Shown here piece by piece: positions 18,602 to 25,914 of a stretch of DNA of 36,531 nucleotides. This DNA is from an uncultured Weeksellaceae bacterium (GTDB taxonomy: Bacteria; Bacteroidota; Bacteroidia; Flavobacteriales; Weeksellaceae), in NCBI GenBank assembly GCA_964554275.1, contig CAZKOC010000003.1, positions 1-36,531 of the forward strand, given 5' to 3'. Within the stretch, counting starts at the first letter, position 1. Each line of letters starts with the position of its first letter. The notes beneath the pieces are model-generated. The model saw only the letters and a list, made by a program, of their open reading frames with translations. It ran no database searches and was not told the origin of the DNA. The translations under genes were made by a program, and so were the position numbers.

Positions 18602-19216
18602 TTGTATTTCCAATATTATAAAAGACTGTTTGATTTTTTATTGGCTTTGATAGGACTGCTATTTCTAAGTCCAATATTTATAATTGTAACTATAGGATTG
18701 TTGTTTGCCAATCAAGGGAAGCCTTTTTTCTTTCAAAGACGCCCTGGCAAAAATGAGAAAATATTTAGCATTATAAAGTTCAGGACAATGAATGATAAGA
18801 AGGATGCCGTGGGAAATTTATTGCCTGATGTACAACGCCTGACCAAAGTTGGGGCATTTGTGAGAAAAACATCTTTAGATGAAATACCACAACTGATTAA
18901 TGTATTAAAAGGCGAAATGTCTTTGATCGGCCCCAGGCCTCTATTGGTTAAATATTTACCTTACTATACAGAAAGGGAAAGCTTAAGACATACTGTCCGC
19001 CCGGGAATTACCGGATACGCGCAAGTGAATGGAAGAAACACCCTCAATTGGGATGAACGCTTAGAGATGGATGCTCAGTATGTAGAGTCCCTGTCATTTA
19101 TAAATGATGCGAAAATTCTTATTCAAACCATAAAAAATGTAATAAATAGAAAAGATGTAATAATTATACCGGGAGATAAATTAAAAACATTAGATAAATA
19201 CAGAGAGAAAGGATGA
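18602..19216 (+). CDS. Initiating phosphoglycosyl transferase, monotopic PglC/EpsL-like
   Basis: KRLFD, single hydrophobic segment, FFQRRPG, KFRTM, SLDEIPQL, MSLIGPRP, RPGITG.AQVNGRN; TTG start. Confidence 0.9.
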   Translation: MYFQYYKRLFDFLLALIGLLFLSPIFIIVTIGLLFANQGKPFFFQRRPGKNEKIFSIIKFRTMNDKKDAVGNLLPDVQRLTKVGAFVRKTSLDEIPQLINVLKGEMSLIGPRPLLVKYLPYYTERESLRHTVRPGITGYAQVNGRNTLNWDERLEMDAQYVESLSFINDAKILIQTIKNVINRKDVIIIPGDKLKTLDKYREKG

Positions 19217-19995
19217 GAAATATAATCATATTTGGAAATGTTCCTTTGGCTACATGGGTTGTGACTAAAATTATTGAGAATAATAATTTTAAAATAGTAG
19301 GAGTAGTTTGCGATCAGTATGATGAAGATGCATTTTCAAATCATGGAATGAAAGAAAAAAGCCTGTATAGCTATTGTCTGGCTAATAACTTACCTATATT
19401 AGATTTTGAGCAGGCAGCAATACTTGCAACAGAGACTCAAACATTGGGTATCTCGATAAGATACCATAGGTTGTTTAAAAAAGAATATTATGAGTGTTTT
19501 TCTCCTGGCATTATAAATTTACATGGAGGAGAACTTCCAAGATATAGAGGCGCTAATATTGCAAATTATGCCGTATACGAAGGAGCCGATAGAGTAGGAG
19601 GAACATTACATTTTATTTCGCAAGGAATAGATGAGGGAGATATAGTAGAGCGTGTTTTACTGCCTGTAGAGGGTAAACCTACTGCGTTTGAATTTTTTTC
19701 GCTGACATTAGAGGCGTTAAAAAATGCATTTTTAAATTTTCTGAACAGAAATGATGTAATAGATCCTTCCAAAAATATTGAAGCTGTTCCCCAGAAAGAA
19801 TTTGAAAGTAAAGGGGAGTTGAATAAACTTTATTTTAAGAAAGAAATTGACGAAAAAAGAGTAATTGAGTTTGAAGATTTAAACAATTGGGACGAGATAT
19901 ATAGGTTGGCCAGAGCATATACTTTTCCCGGACATAAAGGTTTGATGGTTAAAAATGGAGAAGAATTAATCGAAATTAAGGCCTTCAAAGAATGA
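19213..19995 (+). CDS. N10-formyl-THF-dependent formyltransferase (sugar N-formyltransferase-like)
   Basis: IINLHGGELPRYRG, GTLH, GIDEGD (Asn/His/Asp triad), RAYTFP; ATGA overlaps at both ends. Confidence 0.82.
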   Translation: MRNIIIFGNVPLATWVVTKIIENNNFKIVGVVCDQYDEDAFSNHGMKEKSLYSYCLANNLPILDFEQAAILATETQTLGISIRYHRLFKKEYYECFSPGIINLHGGELPRYRGANIANYAVYEGADRVGGTLHFISQGIDEGDIVERVLLPVEGKPTAFEFFSLTLEALKNAFLNFLNRNDVIDPSKNIEAVPQKEFESKGELNKLYFKKEIDEKRVIEFEDLNNWDEIYRLARAYTFPGHKGLMVKNGEELIEIKAFKE

Positions 19996-20885
19996 TTGAA
20001 AAAATAGATAATAACATCAAAGTATTCCGTGACGATCTTTACCCTTTTTTGGGAGGAGGTAACAAAGGACGGAAAATGGATGCAATTAGTAAAGATATTT
20101 TTTTAAAAGGAGCAAATTCCTTAGTAACTACAGGTGGGATTCAGTCCAACCACTGTAGGGCGGTAGCAATTTTTGCCGCACAACAAAAAATGAGGTGCAC
20201 ATTAGTACTCCATGGGCCACAGGAGGACTTTTACAAACAATCGGGTAATGCCAAGATAATGCGGTTATCCGGTGCAGAAATAGTATTTGTAAGTGAAGCT
20301 GCCAAGATTGGATCCACCATGGATCAAGCAATGCTGCAATATGAGAATGCAGGCCTCAACCCTTACTATATTTATGGTGGCGGACATACAAAAGAAGGTG
20401 GGAAGGCGTACATTGATGTGGTATATGAATTAAAAGAATATTGTAAAAAAAACAATTGGCATCCCGATTTTATATTTCATGCGTCAGGAACAGGTTCTAC
20501 GCAATCAGGCATAATGGCAGGTCTGGATAAATATAACTTTGTAAACACCAAAGTAATAGGAATATCTGTTGGAAGAAAATCAGAACAAGCTATACAAATT
20601 GTAAGTGACTTTTATAAAGAGTTGTGTTTTCATTACCAAATAAATTGTTTGGGTAGAGAAGTAATTGTATTAGATGACTATCTAATGGGGGGGTACGGTA
20701 AACATAATGAAGAATTAAAAGCATTAAGTTTAAATTCTATAAGAAATTATGGCTTTACACTCGATACTTGTTATACTGGAAAAGCATTTTATGGAATGTT
20801 AGATTTTATAGTAAAAAATAATATTAATGAAGAAGATGTCCTTTTTTGGCATACAGGAGGGATATTTAATTTTTTAGCAGAATAA
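19992..20885 (+). CDS. PLP fold-type II enzyme, D-cysteine desulfhydrase/ACC deaminase family
   Basis: RDDL, GGNKGRK (PLP Lys), GGIQSNH, SGTGST, DTCYTGKAF, FWHTGG. Confidence 0.85.
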   Translation: MIEKIDNNIKVFRDDLYPFLGGGNKGRKMDAISKDIFLKGANSLVTTGGIQSNHCRAVAIFAAQQKMRCTLVLHGPQEDFYKQSGNAKIMRLSGAEIVFVSEAAKIGSTMDQAMLQYENAGLNPYYIYGGGHTKEGGKAYIDVVYELKEYCKKNNWHPDFIFHASGTGSTQSGIMAGLDKYNFVNTKVIGISVGRKSEQAIQIVSDFYKELCFHYQINCLGREVIVLDDYLMGGYGKHNEELKALSLNSIRNYGFTLDTCYTGKAFYGMLDFIVKNNINEEDVLFWHTGGIFNFLAE

Positions 20886-21896
20886 ATGAACATACTATTT
20901 ACTTGTGCAGGTCGTCGTAATTACCTGATCAACTATTTCAAGGAAGCCCTTAAAGGAAAAGGAAAAATTTATGCTACTGATATGCAGCTTACCGCCCCGG
21001 CTTTGGTAGATGCGGATGTAGCGATTCGGGTGCCTGCTATATATAGTGAAGACTATATTCCTTCTTTACTGAAAATAGTAAAAGAAAATAATATCAACTG
21101 TGTAATTTCTTTGAACGATTTAGAACTTCCCATACTTAGTCAAGCCAAAGAACAAATTGAAAATCTGGGAGCAAAGGTAATTGTAGCAAGTGAAGAAGCT
21201 ATAAAAATAGCGTTTGACAAATGGGAGACCGTAAAATTTTTAGAAAGCGTAAATCTTAAGTCACCTAAAACTTTTATTGATTTAAAAGAAGCCATAAAAG
21301 CGATTCAAGAAGATGAATTAAAATTTCCTCTGGTAATTAAACCTCGTTGGGGAAGTGCCTCTATTGGCATTGATTTTCCTGAAGATATGGAAGAATTAGA
21401 GTTGGCTTATAAACTGCAAACCATTCGCTTAAAAAGAACCATTCTTGCCGAAGCAAGTAAAGAGGATATGAATCACGCAATTCTTATCCAGGAAAAAATT
21501 CCTGGGACAGAATATGGTATGGATGTTTTAAATGATTTTGAAGGTAATTACGCAGGAACTTTTGTTCGTCAAAAACTATCCATGCGCTCAGGAGAAACCG
21601 ATAAAGCTATTTCCGTAATTGATGAGCGATTTGAGGAAATAGGCAGGGCTATTGGTGAAAACCTTAAACATATAGGAAACCTGGACTGTGATGTATTTGA
21701 ACATAATGGCGAACTGTACGTGCTGGAATTAAACCCGCGTTTCGGTGGAGGTTATCCATTTTCACATGAGGCAGGAAATAATACAGCAGCTATATATATT
21801 GAATGGTTAGAAGGAAATAAAAACATTAACTCATACTCTAATTACCAGGAAGGGATAATGTTCTCAAAATGCGATAGATTGTTGAGAGTAAACTAA
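20886..21896 (+). CDS. ATP-grasp ligase (carbamoyl-phosphate-synthase-like, glycan-locus type)
   Basis: MNILFTCAGRR, FDKW, IKPRWGSASIG, IQEKIPGTEY, LELNPRFGGG. Confidence 0.88.
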   Translation: MNILFTCAGRRNYLINYFKEALKGKGKIYATDMQLTAPALVDADVAIRVPAIYSEDYIPSLLKIVKENNINCVISLNDLELPILSQAKEQIENLGAKVIVASEEAIKIAFDKWETVKFLESVNLKSPKTFIDLKEAIKAIQEDELKFPLVIKPRWGSASIGIDFPEDMEELELAYKLQTIRLKRTILAEASKEDMNHAILIQEKIPGTEYGMDVLNDFEGNYAGTFVRQKLSMRSGETDKAISVIDERFEEIGRAIGENLKHIGNLDCDVFEHNGELYVLELNPRFGGGYPFSHEAGNNTAAIYIEWLEGNKNINSYSNYQEGIMFSKCDRLLRVN

Positions 21897-21902
21897 TCTT
21901 TT

Positions 21903-21999
21903 ACTATTGTATCCGTAATGACTATCATTGGAAAAAGTGCTTAGTCATATGGTTGCAATAGTGACTTTGGCACGAATTATAAAATATCAAAATAAATAA
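21903..21999 (+). pseudogene. Possible decayed 3' remnant of a PglD/NeuD-type acetyltransferase
   Basis: Two frames read TIVSVMTIIGKSA* and MVAIVTLARIIKYQNK*, resembling the ...TIGK.A...GNPARIIK end of hexapeptide acetyltransferases; position directly before the aminotransferase. Confidence 0.3.
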
Positions 22000-22021
22000 A
22001 TCTTACGTAAGATAAACTCAT

Positions 22022-22029
22022 TATCTTTG
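22022..22029 (+). promoter_or_regulatory. Internal -7 promoter element for the aminotransferase-dehydratase genes
   Basis: TATCTTTG(CA), 27 nt before ATG 22057; preceded by palindrome ATCTTACGTAAGAT. Confidence 0.6.
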
Positions 22030-22056
22030 CAAAGCTTAATTTACTAAACTAATTCG

Positions 22057-23166
22057 ATGAACTCAAAAAAAATCTGGTTGTCTTCACCACACATGGGAGG
22101 TAACGAGCTTAAATACATTCATGCAGCATTTGATACTAATTGGGTAGCTCCTTTAGGTCCTAATGTAGAAGGTTTTGAAGGTGATTTAGAAAATTATTTG
22201 GGTGAAAATGTCTGTGTCGCTGCCCTGAGTGCAGGAACAGCTGCTATACATTTAGGACTAATCTTGCTGGGTGTTGAAAATGGTGATGAAGTGATTTGTC
22301 AAAGCATGACTTTTTCCGCTTCTGCCAACCCCATAATGTACCAGGGAGCTACGCCTGTTTTTGTAGATAGTGAACCTGAAACATGGAACCTTTGCCCGGA
22401 ACAGCTGGAAAGAGCCATAAAAGACAGAATTGCAAATGGTAAAAAACCCAAAGCCATCATAGCGGTACACCTTTATGGTATGCCATATATGCATGATGAA
22501 ATAAAATGTTTGTCTGAAAAATATGAAATACCGGTTCTGGAAGATTCAGCCGAAGCACTGGGAAGTAAATACAAAGGGAAAAGATGCGGGACTTTGGGTG
22601 ATATTTCTGTATTATCTTTTAACGGAAATAAGATCATTACAACATCTGGAGGAGGAGCATTGGTCTTGAAAGACAAAGAACTAAGGAAAAAAGCTGTCTT
22701 TTTGGCAACCCAGGCAAGAGATAACGAACCTCATTATCAACACTCCCATGTAGGATACAACTACAGAATGTCTAATATAGTCGCTGGGATTGGTCGTGGA
22801 CAAATGGAAGTTCTTCCCGAAAGAGTAGAAGCAAGGAGGTCAAATTTTGAATACTATCAATCAAAATTAAAAGATAAAAATGGTATTACTTTTGTAAATG
22901 AGCCTGAGGGATTTTTCTCAAACAGATGGTTGTCATGTATTTTGACAGAATCATTTGAACAAAGAGAAAAAATCCGGGAAAAATTACAAAATGTGAATAT
23001 AGAGACCAGACCATTATGGAAACCGATGCATATGCAACCCATATTTGATAAATACCCTAAATATATAAATGGGACAAGTGAGGGATTGTTCGAAGTAGGG
23101 CTATGCTTGCCAAGCGGATCTGATTTGATTAAAGAAGATTTAGATAGAGTAATTGAAGGGTTCTAA
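22057..23166 (+). CDS. DegT/DnrJ-family sugar C4 aminotransferase (PglE/EpsN-like)
   Basis: IWLSSPHM, NWVAPLGPNV, TFSASANP, EDSAEALG, SFNGNKIITTSGGG, GYNYRMSN, RPLWKPMHMQP, LCLPSG. Confidence 0.92.
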   Translation: MNSKKIWLSSPHMGGNELKYIHAAFDTNWVAPLGPNVEGFEGDLENYLGENVCVAALSAGTAAIHLGLILLGVENGDEVICQSMTFSASANPIMYQGATPVFVDSEPETWNLCPEQLERAIKDRIANGKKPKAIIAVHLYGMPYMHDEIKCLSEKYEIPVLEDSAEALGSKYKGKRCGTLGDISVLSFNGNKIITTSGGGALVLKDKELRKKAVFLATQARDNEPHYQHSHVGYNYRMSNIVAGIGRGQMEVLPERVEARRSNFEYYQSKLKDKNGITFVNEPEGFFSNRWLSCILTESFEQREKIREKLQNVNIETRPLWKPMHMQPIFDKYPKYINGTSEGLFEVGLCLPSGSDLIKEDLDRVIEGF

Positions 23167-25087
23167 TTTTTTGTTGTTGAGACAACAGTTGAAAAGAAGT
23201 TTGCGAAGAGAAACTCCTCGCTGGGTGGTGCTTTGTATAGATTTATACATAACGCTGAACACTTTTCTAATCGCCTTTTTAATCATCAGGAATTTCCAAT
23301 TTAATTTCTCTGATACCGACCTGAAAATCGCCTTAATTCAGTCCCCGCAAATTCTTTTCTTTGCCTTTGTCTCTTTTTTGGCTATTTCATCATACAAGGG
23401 GATTGTAAGGCATACGGGATTTAAAGATGTGTTCAACGTGTTGAAGGCCAATATATTATTGGCGATTTTGTTAGGAGTGTTTTCTCTTCTGATTGGCAAA
23501 GCAACACCGGAATCGGTTTATATTGTAAAATCACCTACCATCATTATTCATTTTTTATTGAATACGATGGCGCTGATTTTTCTGAGAATCCTCTACAAGA
23601 ATCTTTACGATTATTATGTAGTAGGAACCCGCTATACCAAACGCGCAATGATTTATGGAGCAGGAGATTCAGGGATTATTACCTACAAGGCATTGAAAAA
23701 TGATGAACGAAGCAGGATCAGTATATTCGGATATTTAGACGACAAGAAAAGTAAAATCGGTAAAAAAATTAACGGAGTTGCCGTTTATGACCCAAAAAAA
23801 ATCGATACCAGATTTTTAGAAAAGCACCACATAAATGAGATCATTATATCTATTCAGAACATACGTCCCTCACGATTGAGAGAAATTGTGGATTCATTTG
23901 CAGATGCGCCGGTAACGCTTAAGATAGTCCCGGCGATAAATAAATGGTTAAACGGTGATTTGAACGCGCAGCAAATTAAAGCTGTCAAAATTGAAGATTT
24001 ATTGGGGAGAAAACCTATAAAACTCGACAATCCTGAAATCCGTGAAGAAATCCGCGATAAAATAGTAATGGTAACCGGAGCAGCGGGATCTATAGGCAGT
24101 GAGATTTCACGTCAGCTGATGGAATATCCGTACAAAAAATTAATATTGGTAGATCAGGCAGAATCCCCCCTCTATGATTTACAACAAACCACCTTGGATA
24201 AATACAACGGCAACTGTGAGTTTGTGATGGCCGATATACGTGATCCGAACAGGGTGGACACCATTTTTAGAATTTTTCGTCCGCAGGTTGTTTTTCACGC
24301 AGCGGCTTATAAGCATGTTCCTTTGATGGAAGACAATCCGTATGAAGCTGTACATACCAATATAAAAGGTACAAAAATCGCTGCCGACAAGGCTGTAGAA
24401 TACGGGGTTGAAAAATTTGTAATGGTTTCAACAGATAAAGCGGTAAATCCAACCAATGTAATGGGGGCCACCAAACGGATAGCAGAGCTTTATGTGACTT
24501 ATCTGGATAGGATTACAAAAACAAATTTTATTGTTACCCGTTTTGGAAATGTATTGGGATCCAATGGCTCTGTAATTCCGATTTTCAAAAGACAGATAGA
24601 AGAAGGAGGCCCGTTAACGGTAACACACCCGGAAATTACCCGTTATTTTATGACGATTCCGGAAGCATGTCAATTGGTTTTGGAAGCAGGTGTAATGGGA
24701 AAAGGAGGTGAAGTGTTTGTCTTTGATATGGGAGAATCGGTAAAAATCCTTGATTTGGCCAAAAAGATCATCAGACTCAGCGGGTTGCGTTATCCGCAGG
24801 ATATAGACATCAAAATTACAGGGCTCAGGCCGGGAGAGAAAATTTATGAAGAGCTTCTGGCAGATGGTGAAACAACCATTAAAACCCATCATGAAAAAAT
24901 TATGATTGCCAAAGTTCGGCATGCCACATCAGGAGAGTTTGTGGAAAAGATCAATGATTTAATAAAAGAAAATCAAAACCCTGACCAATTAGAAAAAAAC
25001 TTAGAACTCGTAACCAAGATAAAAGAATTAGTGCCCGAATACAAATCCCGAAATTCGATTTATTGTACAATTGACAAAGAGATTTAA
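23153..25087 (+). CDS. capD: Membrane-bound UDP-GlcNAc 4,6-dehydratase (PglF/CapD/WbpM)
   Basis: Four N-terminal TM segments, IYGAGDSG, IEDLLGR, VTGAAGSIGSE, HAAAYKHVP, STDKAVNPTNVMGATK, RFGNVLGSNGSV, GLRPGEK. Start codon uncertain (TTG, 14-nt overlap). Confidence 0.92.
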   Translation: MKGSNFLLLRQQLKRSLRRETPRWVVLCIDLYITLNTFLIAFLIIRNFQFNFSDTDLKIALIQSPQILFFAFVSFLAISSYKGIVRHTGFKDVFNVLKANILLAILLGVFSLLIGKATPESVYIVKSPTIIIHFLLNTMALIFLRILYKNLYDYYVVGTRYTKRAMIYGAGDSGIITYKALKNDERSRISIFGYLDDKKSKIGKKINGVAVYDPKKIDTRFLEKHHINEIIISIQNIRPSRLREIVDSFADAPVTLKIVPAINKWLNGDLNAQQIKAVKIEDLLGRKPIKLDNPEIREEIRDKIVMVTGAAGSIGSEISRQLMEYPYKKLILVDQAESPLYDLQQTTLDKYNGNCEFVMADIRDPNRVDTIFRIFRPQVVFHAAAYKHVPLMEDNPYEAVHTNIKGTKIAADKAVEYGVEKFVMVSTDKAVNPTNVMGATKRIAELYVTYLDRITKTNFIVTRFGNVLGSNGSVIPIFKRQIEEGGPLTVTHPEITRYFMTIPEACQLVLEAGVMGKGGEVFVFDMGESVKILDLAKKIIRLSGLRYPQDIDIKITGLRPGEKIYEELLADGETTIKTHHEKIMIAKVRHATSGEFVEKINDLIKENQNPDQLEKNLELVTKIKELVPEYKSRNSIYCTIDKEI

Positions 25088-25105
25088 ATATTATACTAAT
25101 AGTCA

Positions 25106-25113
25106 TATATTTG
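25106..25113 (+). promoter_or_regulatory. -7 promoter element for wza-wzc
   Basis: TATATTTG(CA), 17 nt before ATG 25131. Confidence 0.55.
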
Positions 25114-25130
25114 CAAATTCAAAATCTAGT

Positions 25131-25901
25131 ATGAAGAAAATATTTCATCTGAACATACCAAAACTAATTTTCCTTTTGACAGGCTTTCTGATCATTACAG
25201 GCTGTGCATCACGTGAAAAAATAGTTTATTTTCAGGGTGACCTGCAATCCATAGAGAAACAGGCGGAGCAATACTCTCCGGTCATCCAGCCTGATGATTT
25301 ATTGGTCATAACAGTATCTGCAAGAGATTTTGAAGCGACAAAGCCTTTTAATCAGGTAAATTATTATTATCAAAGTGCAAATGAAGCAAGACTGCAAACT
25401 TACTTGGTTGATGAAGAAGGATACATTGAATACCCCGTTATAGGAAAAGTTAAATTAGGAGGATTGACACGTACTCAGGCAATAAGCCAGATGAAAAATT
25501 TGTTGATTGAATACATCATAGACCCGGGTGTTACTGTTCAGATTTCAAATTTTAAGGTTACAGTTTTAGGGGAGGTCAATGTGCCGGGAAGTTATACATT
25601 GGCACATGAGCGCATTACTATTTTGGAAGCGATAGGCTTGGCGGGAGACCTGACAATTAATGGTGTAAGGGATAATGTGCTGGTTATCCGTGAAATAGAA
25701 GGAGAAAAAACTTTCCACAGAGTAGACTTGACCTCAAATGAGGTTTTTACTTCACCAGTGTATTTTTTAATGCAAAATGATGTAGTATATGTTGAACCCA
25801 ATAAAGCTCAAATCAATTCATCTACATATAGCCGTAACACTTCAATTATTATATCGATTGCGGGATTAATAATTACCGTAATTTCAGTGCTTACCCGTTA
25901 A
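25131..25901 (+). CDS. wza: Polysaccharide export outer-membrane lipoprotein Wza
   Basis: Lipobox ITGC, IQPDDLL, YLVDEEG.I.YPVIG, VLGEV..PG, EAIGLAGDL, NDVVYVEPN. ATG at 25131 preferred over TTG at 25071. Confidence 0.9.
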   Translation: MKKIFHLNIPKLIFLLTGFLIITGCASREKIVYFQGDLQSIEKQAEQYSPVIQPDDLLVITVSARDFEATKPFNQVNYYYQSANEARLQTYLVDEEGYIEYPVIGKVKLGGLTRTQAISQMKNLLIEYIIDPGVTVQISNFKVTVLGEVNVPGSYTLAHERITILEAIGLAGDLTINGVRDNVLVIREIEGEKTFHRVDLTSNEVFTSPVYFLMQNDVVYVEPNKAQINSSTYSRNTSIIISIAGLIITVISVLTR

Positions 25902-25914
25902 AACCAAACACAAA

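Noticed and set aside
13641..20693. Homopolymers A9 (13641), T9 (14582) and G7 (20687) as phase-variation switches
   Set aside because: Short, all ORFs are in frame, and A/T runs are common here; read-level data would be needed.
19992..20885. ACC deaminase (acdS)
   Set aside because: Lacks the diagnostic Glu and Leu; has YTGK and HTGG.
20886..21896. Carbamoyl-phosphate synthase or RiPP (graspetide) ligase
   Set aside because: A single 336-aa domain with no carA and no precursor peptide; the context is glycan biosynthesis.
25071..25130. Extended wza N-terminus from TTG 25071
   Set aside because: It overlaps capD and contains a promoter box; ATG 25131 gives a proper lipoprotein signal.
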